Positions 1-9,801 of a stretch of DNA of 64,000 nucleotides are shown in pieces. Position 1 is the stretch's first letter. Every line of letters begins with the position of its first letter. The DNA is taken from positions 1 through 64,000 of the IMG/VR virus record IMGVR_UViG_3300021437_000001. The stretch is one strand, 5' to 3'. This stretch comes from a virus. A program made the position numbers and the translations under genes. The notes under the pieces are model-generated. The model saw nothing but the letters and a program-made list of their open reading frames with translations. It was not told the origin of the DNA and did no database searches.

Positions 1-230
1 TACTGGAGAGGAGATAAAACTTTTCAGACACTTGACAAAACAGCGGTTGGTCTTTCAAATGTTGATAATACTTCTGATGCTAATAAACCAATCAGCACTG
101 CTACTCAAACTGCTCTGAATGCTAAAGAAAACAGCATCACAGCAGGAACTACTTCTCAATACTGGAGAGGAGATAAAACTTTTCAGACACTTGACAAAAC
201 AGCGGTTGGTCTTTCAAATGTTGATAATAC
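1..230 (+). repeat. Coding direct repeat: 71 bp identical at 1-71 and 160-230 (period 159 bp = 53 aa)
   Basis: tactggagaggagataaaacttttcagacacttgacaaaacagcggttggtctttcaaatgttgataatac occurs twice. Confidence 0.95.
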
Positions 231-1350
231 CGCAGACACGGCAAAAAGTATTGCCGGAGATGTAACAGGAACTCTTGGAGCTTCAACTGTAACAAAAATA
301 CAAAATAGAGATGTTGCAACAACTGCTCCCGCAAATGGGCAATCATTATCTTGGAATTCGAGTACTAATAAATGGGAACCGCAAACAGTAGGCGGTTCTG
401 GCGTAACTACAATAACTACAGCAGCTTCAGTTTTAAATTTGTCCGTTTCTAGTAGTAAATATCAATTATTTGTTGGTACTGTACATGGACAATCTGTAGT
501 TCTACCTGATGCCACAACCTTAACCGCTGGCGCTGATTTCTTTTTAGCAAATAAATCAGACACTATAATTCCAGTTTTTTATAATGGTGGAGCTTTAGCT
601 TGCTTTCTTTATCCAGATCAATATATAGAGGCGCTTGTATTAGACACATCTACTGCTGCTGGAAAATGGATAATAGAGACTGCCACACCAAATCCGCTAT
701 CTCAAATAGCTATAAATGATGATTTCATAAATAGTGGTACTACATCTGGAGCAATTGGACAATTAGGTTGGACAGTAGTTACAGGAACAACTGCAATGCA
801 AGCGTCTACAGGGTCTAGCAGAGGTGTTGTTCGTCTTAGTAGTTCGATAGCCAATAACGGTACAGGAGCTTTGCATTTAGGTTTAAATAACTTTCTCACA
901 ACTGGTGGAGCGATTGTATTTGAGACTAGGGTTCAGTTTCCCACATTAGGAGGGGCGACTGCTGCTGGATATACTGCCAGATTTGGTTTGGGAGATACTA
1001 CGGGAAATGCAGACCAAGCAAATGGTATTTATTTTGAGTATGCTGGTATCGTTGCAGGAACAGTAAATTGGTCTTTAAAAACTGCATCAGCTAATACACG
1101 AACTACCACGGCTACCTCTGTGGCCGTAGCCGCTACTACATATTATAAGTTAGCGTGGGTACTAAATGCCGCTGGTACGTCAGTAGGATTTTACATAAAC
1201 GGAACTTATATAAACTCGATAGCAACAAACATTCCTGCTGCTGCAATTGGACTTTTAAGTCACATCACTACCAATGCTACAAATGCGGCAGCAAAGAGTG
1301 CTGATATTGATTATGTTTATATGACTCAAAATTTTAATACGGTACGGTAA
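1..1350 (+). CDS. Tail fibre/virion fibre protein, 5'-truncated by the window edge
   Basis: Frame 1 is open from base 1 (YWRGDKTFQTLDKTAVGLSNVDNTSDANKPISTATQTALN...), so the TTG at 439 in the ORF track is internal. It has 'VGLSNVDNTSD' fibre-shaft repeats and a beta-rich, lectin-like C-terminal domain. Confidence 0.75.
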   Translation, partial: YWRGDKTFQTLDKTAVGLSNVDNTSDANKPISTATQTALNAKENSITAGTTSQYWRGDKTFQTLDKTAVGLSNVDNTADTAKSIAGDVTGTLGASTVTKIQNRDVATTAPANGQSLSWNSSTNKWEPQTVGGSGVTTITTAASVLNLSVSSSKYQLFVGTVHGQSVVLPDATTLTAGADFFLANKSDTIIPVFYNGGALACFLYPDQYIEALVLDTSTAAGKWIIETATPNPLSQIAINDDFINSGTTSGAIGQLGWTVVTGTTAMQASTGSSRGVVRLSSSIANNGTGALHLGLNNFLTTGGAIVFETRVQFPTLGGATAAGYTARFGLGDTTGNADQANGIYFEYAGIVAGTVNWSLKTASANTRTTTATSVAVAATTYYKLAWVLNAAGTSVGFYINGTYINSIATNIPAAAIGLLSHITTNATNAAAKSADIDYVYMTQNFNTVR

Positions 1351-1751
1351 TGAAATATATAGTGTTAACAGATAATTCCGAAATAGAATTTGTAGATCAA
1401 ACTTCTGCAAATTCCTATGTTTTGACTTTAAATCAACCTTACAATATAATCTCTGAACAAGAACGTACCGAACGAATTTTAGCTAAACGTAAACGAGAAT
1501 ATGGTCTTTACATTTCCAACGAGTGTATCGAACTATTAGGAGCCAGAAACAAGATCTTAAATCTTTCAGGTCAACAAGTTACAGCCATGCTGTCGGCTTT
1601 GATGCCTGTTAGAGCTTTACTAGAAACTGGTGCCTTGGGCACAGCTAGAGGCTATTTAATTCAATTTAAAGCCGCCTATCCAAACCATGCAGACATATTT
1701 GATGACGGCATATCCGATATAAATGCGTTTGAGGCGGAGCATGGACTATAA
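1350..1751 (+). CDS. Hypothetical protein, possible tail fibre assembly chaperone
   Basis: 133 aa, TAATG-coupled directly after the fibre gene; helical C-terminus. Confidence 0.45.
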   Translation: MKYIVLTDNSEIEFVDQTSANSYVLTLNQPYNIISEQERTERILAKRKREYGLYISNECIELLGARNKILNLSGQQVTAMLSALMPVRALLETGALGTARGYLIQFKAAYPNHADIFDDGISDINAFEAEHGL

Positions 1752-2268
1752 AATAATCATAGGGTTTTCTAAACCCAAGTCTAAGACTGCAATTTTTGGA
1801 AATGGTATTAGAGCCGTACTAGGTACAGATTTTTCGCATGTGTACGTTAAGTTTAAATCTGACAAATTCAATAGGGTATTAATATACCAAGCTTCTGGTT
1901 TTGCTGTGAATTTTATGGAAGAGTCTCGCATGTTGAAGGATCATGCAGTAGTCGCAGAATTTGAATTAACGGTTTCAGAAGCGACGTATGTGAAGACAAT
2001 GCAATTTGCCATTGATAATGCAGGAGTTCCCTATGGAATTGCTCAGATTTTTGGTATACTCTATGTAAAGGCTCTAGCATTAGCAAGTATTCGGGCAAAG
2101 AATCCTTTCGCAAATGGCGATAGTAATTTTGTCTGTTCAGAGTTAGTGGGAGAAATCTTAAAGGAAATCGTAGGTTTAGAGGTCGATTACGACATGGACC
2201 TGATTACTCCTAAAGAGATTTTTGAGCTATTAAAAAAATATCAAATACCGGAGATGGCTCGTGAGTAG
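1741..2268 (+). CDS. Permuted papain-like (YiiX/NlpC-P60 permuted) peptidase/amidase
   Basis: N-terminal FSHV (His) and C-terminal CSELV (Cys), followed by 'ITP'; this His-before-Cys order defines the permuted family. ATG 1741 follows GGAG. Confidence 0.8.
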   Translation: MDYKIIIGFSKPKSKTAIFGNGIRAVLGTDFSHVYVKFKSDKFNRVLIYQASGFAVNFMEESRMLKDHAVVAEFELTVSEATYVKTMQFAIDNAGVPYGIAQIFGILYVKALALASIRAKNPFANGDSNFVCSELVGEILKEIVGLEVDYDMDLITPKEIFELLKKYQIPEMARE

Positions 2269-2656
2269 AATTGACGAACAACTATTAGCTAGAATGCTTG
2301 ATAAACTCGACAAAACCCATGAAGTAGTTACACTGCTTGATAAAAAAGTGGATTTGCATGTACAACGTACCGAACAAGAGTTTGAAGCTTTACGAGCTTT
2401 AGATGCACGTCAAAACGATCTGCTAGATGAGCATGCCAAACGAAGTGATCGTTTAGAAGCAGATAATAAATTAAGAGAGGCCGCTCTTAAATTAGAACTT
2501 GAAAAAACGGCAAAAGACTTGGATAAACGAGTCACAGTATTAGAAACTCCGTGGAAATGGGTTTTAACTACTAAAAAAGGAATAGCATGGCTAGCTGCTG
2601 TTGCAGGCTCAGTAGCCGCAATTGTAGAACTTATACGCATGCTTTCAGGGAAATAA
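2261..2656 (+). CDS. Coiled-coil protein with C-terminal TM helix, holin-like
   Basis: Heptad-rich N-terminus and hydrophobic GIAWLAAVAGSVAAIVELI; lies close to the endolysin. Confidence 0.5.
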   Translation: MSRIDEQLLARMLDKLDKTHEVVTLLDKKVDLHVQRTEQEFEALRALDARQNDLLDEHAKRSDRLEADNKLREAALKLELEKTAKDLDKRVTVLETPWKWVLTTKKGIAWLAAVAGSVAAIVELIRMLSGK

Positions 2657-2657
2657 T

Positions 2658-3035
2658 ATGTTGACATTAGACATCGTCTCAAAAAACCCACAATTGAATT
2701 CTTTTACTTTAAGTAAGAATTTTGCATTTGCTGCTGGCGAAGATGTCAAAGTGACGATGCGTTTATTTCAGTCAGATTTGGGAATACGTTATATTCCTAG
2801 TTCCTCTGCCACAATGTCTATTTCTCTAAAGAAATCAGACGGCACAACACTTTCTAAAAATTGTTCCTTTACTTTTGCTGATGATAGGTCGATAATTGAA
2901 TTCGAGATGACTGCCGTAGAAGCGGCAAGTGTTATAAGTCAGAATTTAGTCGTATCTATTGTTGAAGGCTCTCTTACTAAAATTGCGCTTCTTCAGTATG
3001 GTTTGACTAGAATCATCACGGATGGGAGTTGTTAA
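2658..3035 (+). CDS. Hypothetical beta-rich structural protein
   Basis: 125-aa ORF, tightly packed; Ig/BppU-like alternating beta pattern. Confidence 0.4.
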   Translation: MLTLDIVSKNPQLNSFTLSKNFAFAAGEDVKVTMRLFQSDLGIRYIPSSSATMSISLKKSDGTTLSKNCSFTFADDRSIIEFEMTAVEAASVISQNLVVSIVEGSLTKIALLQYGLTRIITDGSC

Positions 3036-3451
3036 TGGGTAATGTTAAGATTTTTGCCAAAGGTTCTAATGTTCAACTGAGTAAGAACTTTAACTCAGAT
3101 GAATTTGATTGTAAATGTAATAGAGCAACTTGTAAGCAAACTTTGATAGATATGGACCATGTGGCCAATATGCAAACTCTGCGAGATAAAGTTGGCAAAC
3201 CTATCACACAAGATTGTGCATACAGATGCCCAGAGCACAATGCCGAAGTCGGAGGAGTGTCAAATTCTCAGCATCCGCAAGGATACGCTTCCGATATAAA
3301 AATAGCAGGTATGACACCTGATGAAGTGGCGGATGTTTCTGAACCTATTTTCAATGGTTTAGGACGCTATGATACTTTTACGCACGTTGACAGTAGAACT
3401 TTGCAACAAAAAGGTGCTAAAGCTCGCTGGGATTTTAGAACCAAGAAGTAA
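3035..3451 (+). CDS. Peptidase M15A family Zn peptidase (endolysin)
   Basis: LSKNF..EFDCKC, YRCPEHNAEVGG..SQHxxGxAxD and FTHVD motifs; TAATG start at 3035. Confidence 0.9.
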   Translation: MGNVKIFAKGSNVQLSKNFNSDEFDCKCNRATCKQTLIDMDHVANMQTLRDKVGKPITQDCAYRCPEHNAEVGGVSNSQHPQGYASDIKIAGMTPDEVADVSEPIFNGLGRYDTFTHVDSRTLQQKGAKARWDFRTKK

Positions 3452-3453
3452 TT

Positions 3454-3714
3454 ATGAATGCGTATGAAAGTTTGCAACAGTTGGAAGATGATTTAGAGTA
3501 CGCAAGAAACAACCCGCATGATGAAGCGTTTTTTGATAAAATGGTAGAACGCTACAAAAATGCAACAAGTCCAGTTCAAACAATTTTGAAATCGGCTTTG
3601 TATGATCGAATGTTGGAACATAATCCAACTTATATGATCGAAAAAATTGCAGCAGAAAATCCTCATAAGATGATTTACTGCAATACAGAACAAGATCCAT
3701 TTTTTCACGTTTGA
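3454..3714 (+). CDS. Hypothetical protein
   Basis: 86-aa ORF filling the gap in the operon. Confidence 0.6.
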   Translation: MNAYESLQQLEDDLEYARNNPHDEAFFDKMVERYKNATSPVQTILKSALYDRMLEHNPTYMIEKIAAENPHKMIYCNTEQDPFFHV

Positions 3715-3721
3715 GGTTTAA

Positions 3722-4501
3722 ATGAGTTTTCAATTCCCTCCAAATTCTGTTAGTGCAGCAGGCTTCACTAGAAGTGAATCTATAGTCACGCCTGACGAAT
3801 TAAAAAATCGTTATTTTTGGGGTGTAGATCTTACTGACAAATCTGGAAAACCAGTTCCTCCTGAAGTATTACAACATCAAATTAATGCAGCCGTATCTTA
3901 CATCGAACATAAATTAGACATCATTATAGCTCCTACCACAATCGTAGATAATCATGATATGAGAACCGTAGACTATCAAGAGTTTAATTTCTTATCTCTC
4001 AAAAAACGCCCAGTTAGTGAAGTAAAAAAGATGAGGGCGATGTTTCCCAATAATAGAACTTTAATCGAATTTCCTAAAGAGTGGTTTGTTCTTGAGAAAG
4101 AAGGTGGTCAACTTCAATTGGCCCCTGTAGAAGGAACCTTCAACGGATTGATTATTACTAGTGGAGGTTCTTATGTACCTCTACTTTATGGAACAAAAGA
4201 TTCATGGCCTCACATGTTTGAAGTCACTTATGTGGCTGGATTCTGTGATGATCAATTGCCAGTTATTATTAATGAAATGATCGGGTTGCAAGCTGCCATT
4301 TCAATGTTTATGATATTAAGAGATACTATTTTTGGACCTATCGCCGGAGAGAATACCAGTATTGATGGAGCTGCTGCCGGAAGACAATTAGGTCCTACAG
4401 GACCATACGGCGCTCGTATAGAGTCATATCAGAAGAAGCTGGATGAGCTATTAAAAGTTGCGCACAAATACTATAACGGTTTTGCTTTCGCAGTGCCATA
4501 A
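3722..4501 (+). CDS. Head-tail adaptor / neck protein
   Basis: 'INAAVSYIEHKLDI', 'EVTYVAGF' and 'SIDG...YGARI' pattern of SPO1/Twort-type head-completion proteins; position upstream of the tail genes. Confidence 0.7.
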   Translation: MSFQFPPNSVSAAGFTRSESIVTPDELKNRYFWGVDLTDKSGKPVPPEVLQHQINAAVSYIEHKLDIIIAPTTIVDNHDMRTVDYQEFNFLSLKKRPVSEVKKMRAMFPNNRTLIEFPKEWFVLEKEGGQLQLAPVEGTFNGLIITSGGSYVPLLYGTKDSWPHMFEVTYVAGFCDDQLPVIINEMIGLQAAISMFMILRDTIFGPIAGENTSIDGAAAGRQLGPTGPYGARIESYQKKLDELLKVAHKYYNGFAFAVP

Positions 4502-4509
4502 GGATAGCC

Positions 4510-5175
4510 ATGAGTAAAGATCCAAAGTCGTTTGCTAAAAATTTTAAGAAATCTTATGATTATCCTGACAGCTTAGTCATCATTGACGCTAAAGACCAGC
4601 AAGCTGCTGAAGAAGGCACTCCTACGGCTTTTTTAGAGAAGATAACTTCTCAGATGCGTAAGGGTGATACCATTCATAAAATTCAAATGCAAAAAGGAAT
4701 ACTCACTTTAGCGAATAAAGATTCAGCCCTTTATAGCGGTTTTTTTACAGATGGCGAAGGTCAAATAGTTGAAAAGTTTGAAGCACACACTTTAGCAATG
4801 ATAGCTAAAACTTTAATTGTTAAAGGTCGAGCCACAGATTACGATTTGTATGGCGAGGCTGAAGATTACGAACCAGAAGCTCCAATAGCGCCAGTTGCGC
4901 CTACAAGTGCTGGACAACCTCAAGTAACTATTAAATTTGGTGATGTTGAGATTCAATTAAGAAAGTCAGTTCGTCAATTCATTGACGATTTTAAACAAAA
5001 GAATGTCGAAGATGAGCTTATGAAAAAGGCTCTAAAGTCTTGGAGACGCTCACAAACATTTAATCGTTATGAATCTGATAGAGAAGCTGCTCAAGCTATC
5101 ATTTCAAATTGGGAAGCCAATGGTGAAAGTTTTAGTCAAACCTTATTTGCTATACGCCAGATGTCGAGGAAGTAA
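4510..5175 (+). CDS. Putative internal head/virion protein
   Basis: FKKS, LRKS and MKKA motifs; lies between neck genes. Confidence 0.45.
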   Translation: MSKDPKSFAKNFKKSYDYPDSLVIIDAKDQQAAEEGTPTAFLEKITSQMRKGDTIHKIQMQKGILTLANKDSALYSGFFTDGEGQIVEKFEAHTLAMIAKTLIVKGRATDYDLYGEAEDYEPEAPIAPVAPTSAGQPQVTIKFGDVEIQLRKSVRQFIDDFKQKNVEDELMKKALKSWRRSQTFNRYESDREAAQAIISNWEANGESFSQTLFAIRQMSRK

Positions 5176-5975
5176 TGTCGAAATACAAAGACTTCATTCT
5201 ACAAAGAAAAGCTGCCGCATTTAAGAAATCGGTGCAAGAAGGTAAGATGCCTGAGCAAGGCACTTATGTTACGCTTTTCAACAATAGTTATAAAGTTCTT
5301 ACAAAACCAGATTCTAAGATAGCGATTTTAGAAGATAACAAATCCAATAAGATTGCTTATCCTCGTGATGCTATAACTAAAATGTTGAGTGAATCAGTAG
5401 GAGATACTGTTCAAAAGGCAGACCATTATGGAGCTAAACCAACATCTTTAGTTGGACACATTGGACAAAACGCCAAGCCATCAAGTTCTACTAAAACTCC
5501 AGGAGCGCCTGCTGGAGCTAATGCTGCGCAAGTAAAACCAGTTGATCCTGTAGGAACTATTCGTAACGGTAGAAAGAAAGTCGTCAGCAAAAAGACTGGC
5601 GAAACTATGTGGGTAAATATTACAAATGGCGAAGCCCATTCAGAACATGATTCTCACGAACCACAACAACCTAGTCCAGAAGCCGAGAAGCAATCTAAAG
5701 AGTTTTTTGATACGATAAAGACAAATCTATGGCCTGGTGATAAACTTAAGTTACAACGCCAAATGAAAGATTTGGTTGGTATGAAACAGCGTTTAATGAA
5801 TATGCTAGCTACTGCGCATCAAGATGATCGTCAAAAATTACCAGAAGCGCAAATGACTCGCAAAAAAGTATTCGCAATGCAAGATGAGTACAAAAAGGCA
5901 TTCGAACAATTTAAAACTGATATAAAATCCTCAGTTGCCAAGATGAGCAAGGAGTCTAAGAAAAATGAAACATAA
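5175..5975 (+). CDS. Putative internal head/virion protein
   Basis: FKKS and VQKA motifs; disordered Pro/Ala linker. Confidence 0.45.
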   Translation: MSKYKDFILQRKAAAFKKSVQEGKMPEQGTYVTLFNNSYKVLTKPDSKIAILEDNKSNKIAYPRDAITKMLSESVGDTVQKADHYGAKPTSLVGHIGQNAKPSSSTKTPGAPAGANAAQVKPVDPVGTIRNGRKKVVSKKTGETMWVNITNGEAHSEHDSHEPQQPSPEAEKQSKEFFDTIKTNLWPGDKLKLQRQMKDLVGMKQRLMNMLATAHQDDRQKLPEAQMTRKKVFAMQDEYKKAFEQFKTDIKSSVAKMSKESKKNET

Positions 5976-6609
5976 AGACAAATTGCCTGGCGGAGAGGCT
6001 GATAAAAAGTCGCCAAAAGACTTTGATAAGAAAGCCCTTGAACATGGAACAAAACATGAAATGGAACATACCAAAGATAAAGAGATTGCACAAGAAATAG
6101 CTATGGACCATTTAGTAGAAGATCCTGATTATTACACTAAGCTTAAAGAAGTTGAGAAAGCCAAAGATCCTGGAGCTAGCATGCCTTGTGGTGATGGATT
6201 AGCTGGAAAAATTTGCGCTCACAATAAGAAAAAGTTAAATAAAGCAATGGACCCTGCTGCCGAAGCTTCTGCTAAAAAGGATAAGATGAAGAGTATTATC
6301 CGAAAGCTAAAAAGAAAGAAAAAAAAGTTACTGGGTCAAGTTTCTATACCTGGCGTAACGCACCCTCATAAACGAGCTAAAGGTAAAGTCAAAGAAACTA
6401 AACCCGCTAAACATGAAACGGCTTCAAAACCAAAAGGGCCTAATAAACAGGTAATGGTTGGAAAAAAAGGTGGACAATTTATTATCACTAGCAGTGGTAA
6501 GAAAAAGTACACAGAGAAAACTAAAAAATCATTAGAAGCTTTTATTGAATCTGAAGATAAAATTAAACAGTTTGTAACAAACTTTAGGAGTAACAAAAAT
6601 GGAAAATAA
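5965..6609 (+). CDS. DUF5661-like domain protein with Lys-rich tail
   Basis: GGEAD..DFD..L..G..HEMEHT.D...A.EIAMDHL.EDPDYYTKL signature, plus a GKKGGQF motif. Confidence 0.7.
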   Translation: MKHKDKLPGGEADKKSPKDFDKKALEHGTKHEMEHTKDKEIAQEIAMDHLVEDPDYYTKLKEVEKAKDPGASMPCGDGLAGKICAHNKKKLNKAMDPAAEASAKKDKMKSIIRKLKRKKKKLLGQVSIPGVTHPHKRAKGKVKETKPAKHETASKPKGPNKQVMVGKKGGQFIITSSGKKKYTEKTKKSLEAFIESEDKIKQFVTNFRSNKNGK

Positions 6610-7156
6610 ACTATCTCAATACGACGTAGACGGCTCATTACACGCTATGATGCGTGCTGCTCATGCAAAACAAGATAAAGAGCACATGAAACTTTGCATG
6701 GAAGAGGCTACTAAACGAAAGAAAAGTTTGGCTATGATTATGAAAGATATGCCTATGCAAAAGGCACAAGAATTAAAAGCTCTTGTGGCTGATCGTTTGG
6801 CTAAAAGTTTTAGTGATAAAGAATTGACTGCTGAAGAGATTGAGTTAATTTCTATTGACGTAATGCTTAAAGCTTCTCAATTAGAAAAGAGCGAAGTAGC
6901 TACACCAGCCGAACAAGTAGCCGCTGCTGCTGGCACACAAGTTATAACAGACCCAACTGCCGTAAAAGAAGTAAAATTTGCTGGCAATTTGTTTAACGAC
7001 TACCGTGTAGGATCAGTTATTAAAAATAGCGCAAATGGTTCTGTATTAGAAAATGCTAGAAAGAATCCGCAAGATTACGTTGCAAACGGCAATAAATCTA
7101 AAAATCAAGCTTACACAGCAGATCAACTCAAAGCAGAGTTGACTCCTAAGAAGTAA
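6599..7156 (+). CDS. Putative internal head/scaffold-like protein
   Basis: MQKA, LAKS, MLKA and LEKS motifs in 185 aa. Confidence 0.45.
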   Translation: MENKLSQYDVDGSLHAMMRAAHAKQDKEHMKLCMEEATKRKKSLAMIMKDMPMQKAQELKALVADRLAKSFSDKELTAEEIELISIDVMLKASQLEKSEVATPAEQVAAAAGTQVITDPTAVKEVKFAGNLFNDYRVGSVIKNSANGSVLENARKNPQDYVANGNKSKNQAYTADQLKAELTPKK

Positions 7157-7158
7157 AC

Positions 7159-7356
7159 ATGGCGTCCTCGGCTGTTGGAAAGAAGATTGCTAAGCTTGTC
7201 AATGAGGGCAAACCTCAGAAGCAAGCTGAAGCTATTGCGCTTCAGATGCAACGGTCTGGACGATTAACCAAAGAAGGCAGATACAATAGAGTTAAGAAAT
7301 CTAAAGTGACGCCTAAAGAATTTGCAATTTTGCATAAGATGTTGAAAAATGGCTAA
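7159..7356 (+). CDS. Small basic protein (DUF6496-like KQAxAIAL motif)
   Basis: EGKPQKQAEAIALQMQR. Confidence 0.55.
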   Translation: MASSAVGKKIAKLVNEGKPQKQAEAIALQMQRSGRLTKEGRYNRVKKSKVTPKEFAILHKMLKNG

Positions 7357-8143
7357 ACAAATTACTCGTGGAATAAATGTCGTAAATCTCGACCAAATAG
7401 TCGAAGATTTAGGAGTTAGAGTTAGGGTGTGGAAATCTTCTACATGTCCTAATATGACTTCTTTAGAATCATTTGACCATGATCCTAATTGTCCAGTTTG
7501 CAACAACAATATGATTGATTTTGACTGCTACGAGACTATCGCCATGTTTCAACAGCAAGATCTAAATGAGCAATTTAAAGTTCACGGTACTTTTAGCATT
7601 GACGAAGTTTTGGTAACTTTCAAAGCTGGAATCAGTTTACAAACTTTTGCAAAAGTAGAAATCTTAGATTTTAAAGAAGAGTTTTATGAGCTTATACAAA
7701 AGCAAGATAACCTTGTAACCAATATTGATAAGTTAAAATATCCTGCGTGTGAAGTTACAGCCGTTTTTGCCATTCGCAATAATCAAAAAATTAGATTTTA
7801 TCAAGGTGCTGATTTTGACTTAGATCTTAATGGCTCAATTGTTTGGACAGGTTCGCATAAACCAAATGATCGTGAAATCTACACAATTTATTATAAATAT
7901 CATCCAGTGTACCGAGTTACTAAAGCCGTACATAGAGACCGCTTCTCACAGTATAACGATTTAAGAGACTTGAAAACGTCTACGATTCCAGAGTCAGCAA
8001 TTAAAACAATCAATGGTAAAACTTTTGTAAAGTTACCAGAAGAATGGGTTTTACGCAGAGATTATCTGCTGGATCGTTCTGATAAGACTCAGGCTCAACC
8101 AACTAAATTACAACCTAATCAAAATTACGATCCTAACGGGTAA
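7349..8143 (+). CDS. Neck / head-closure protein
   Basis: CP...CPVC zinc-type motif and 'IYTIYYKYHPVYRV...LP' as in SPO1/Twort-like neck proteins; position. Confidence 0.6.
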   Translation: MAKQITRGINVVNLDQIVEDLGVRVRVWKSSTCPNMTSLESFDHDPNCPVCNNNMIDFDCYETIAMFQQQDLNEQFKVHGTFSIDEVLVTFKAGISLQTFAKVEILDFKEEFYELIQKQDNLVTNIDKLKYPACEVTAVFAIRNNQKIRFYQGADFDLDLNGSIVWTGSHKPNDREIYTIYYKYHPVYRVTKAVHRDRFSQYNDLRDLKTSTIPESAIKTINGKTFVKLPEEWVLRRDYLLDRSDKTQAQPTKLQPNQNYDPNG

Positions 8144-8146
8144 ACA

Positions 8147-8851
8147 ATGCGCACTAAAGTAAAGCTCGACTTAAAAGCTGATGACATTGTGTCCGAAGTT
8201 GAGCCAAAGCTTAAGGCTGCTGGCGCTGCGACTGCGAATCAATTATACATGCGTGGTTTAGAGTACGCAAAACAAGCTTTTGGAGCTAGTGGCTTTAAGA
8301 ATTGGTCTAACGGCTACAAATTTGCCAAAGTTGAAGATGGGCTATACATCATCTCAGTCGAAGGTAAATTAGCAACTATGATGGAAGATGGCATAGAGAC
8401 CGGAGAAATTTCCAAACTGATTATGGGTGGAAATAGAGCGCAACATAATAAAGCCGAAGGTAAAGATTACGTTGATGTGCCAATTCATAAAGATGCAGAT
8501 TCGGCAGGTAACATTTCAATTCAAGGTCAAAAATTTCAAGTACAAGGCTTTAAAAACGCTGACGATTTAATGAAACAATTTTCCAAACCTGAAAATAAAC
8601 AAGTAAAATTTTCACGAGGAAAAGAGGTAGAAGAGGAGTCAAGGATAGTCGCTCGTGCTAAAAAGGTTGAGGGGCTTATAAAGTCTCAAAATCCCAAGAA
8701 TGGGTCTACTGCCTATATGACTATACGCCGTGTAAGTAAAGACTCAGTATGGCCGTCTAGCCCTTATGCGGGCGGAAAGGTCCTTGACAGGTTGGACTTG
8801 GAAGTTGAGAAAATCTTTGCTACTATGATAGATAGCTTCTTTGGGAGATAG
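8147..8851 (+). CDS. Neck/tail completion protein
   Basis: 'YVDVPI' and 'YMTIRRVS..S.W' motifs; position. Confidence 0.55.
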   Translation: MRTKVKLDLKADDIVSEVEPKLKAAGAATANQLYMRGLEYAKQAFGASGFKNWSNGYKFAKVEDGLYIISVEGKLATMMEDGIETGEISKLIMGGNRAQHNKAEGKDYVDVPIHKDADSAGNISIQGQKFQVQGFKNADDLMKQFSKPENKQVKFSRGKEVEEESRIVARAKKVEGLIKSQNPKNGSTAYMTIRRVSKDSVWPSSPYAGGKVLDRLDLEVEKIFATMIDSFFGR

Positions 8852-8854
8852 TAG

Positions 8855-9781
8855 ATGAGCGCACCATTAACTGAGTTTGTAATAGAAACGGTCATACGAG
8901 ATGGCCTCGGTTTTATCCGAGCCAACCCTGCCGTTCTTGATGACATCTTCAGTAAGTTCACGGCCACTTGGTTTAATACCCAATACGGTGTAAATCATAT
9001 AGAAAAGCTTAAAACTTTTGTCCAACAGAATCAAGTAAAAATAGTCCACTCTTTTGCTCAAGTACCTACTAATACACCTTGCATTTCAATACAAATCTTA
9101 AAAAGTTCAGAAACGCCTAAGCTTCAACAGTTCAGTAATGAATACGAAGACGTGGATACTCCAGTAGCGCCAGTTGTTAGAATCAATAATGTAATACCGT
9201 TATCGTTTGACGTGGTTACAGGAAAGTTACAAATTGATCCAAGTGTGAATCTTGGGCCAGTTTTTCCAGGAATGATCTTTGTTGATTCTCAGAATGTAGA
9301 ATTTACAATACAGAGTGGAAACAGTAACTTAGCGGGTAATAAATACATATCGCTGCCTCGTGACGGCAACGTTCCTAATTTAACGGCTCCTGGAAAAATT
9401 GTAAGTAGTATAAAAATTCAAAGGGTTGAGCGTAGAATGGTGCGTCTTGAAGAGACCATTTCTTTAGGCGTCCATGCCCGAAATGACGTTCATATTGCTA
9501 AATACTTGTACTATTTACTCACCTATATTTTAAAGTCTAGAATGGACTCTTTAATACAGAGAGGTATTAATCTAGATTTTGGAGTTGGCGGCGTATTTGA
9601 TCGAGCGGATGAATATCAAGGCGAGAACGTATTTAGCCGTTTTATGGAAGTTAATTGCATAACTGAATTTGACTGGAACCAAGAACAGGTCAGTCTGATA
9701 GACAATTTTGACCTTACAATGCGTGCCCCAGACGGCATCACACAGAACTCCACGACAGTGGTAAAACCCAAGGATTCGTAA
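8855..9781 (+). CDS. Tail terminator / tail completion protein
   Basis: Position just upstream of the sheath gene; 'PCISI' pattern. Confidence 0.55.
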   Translation: MSAPLTEFVIETVIRDGLGFIRANPAVLDDIFSKFTATWFNTQYGVNHIEKLKTFVQQNQVKIVHSFAQVPTNTPCISIQILKSSETPKLQQFSNEYEDVDTPVAPVVRINNVIPLSFDVVTGKLQIDPSVNLGPVFPGMIFVDSQNVEFTIQSGNSNLAGNKYISLPRDGNVPNLTAPGKIVSSIKIQRVERRMVRLEETISLGVHARNDVHIAKYLYYLLTYILKSRMDSLIQRGINLDFGVGGVFDRADEYQGENVFSRFMEVNCITEFDWNQEQVSLIDNFDLTMRAPDGITQNSTTVVKPKDS

Positions 9782-9801
9782 CTAAAACGGTTATGGGAAT
9801 G

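Noticed and set aside
6319-6327. A_AAA_AAG slippery site
   Set aside because: Expected by chance in a poly-Lys tract; the -1 frame closes after about 14 codons.
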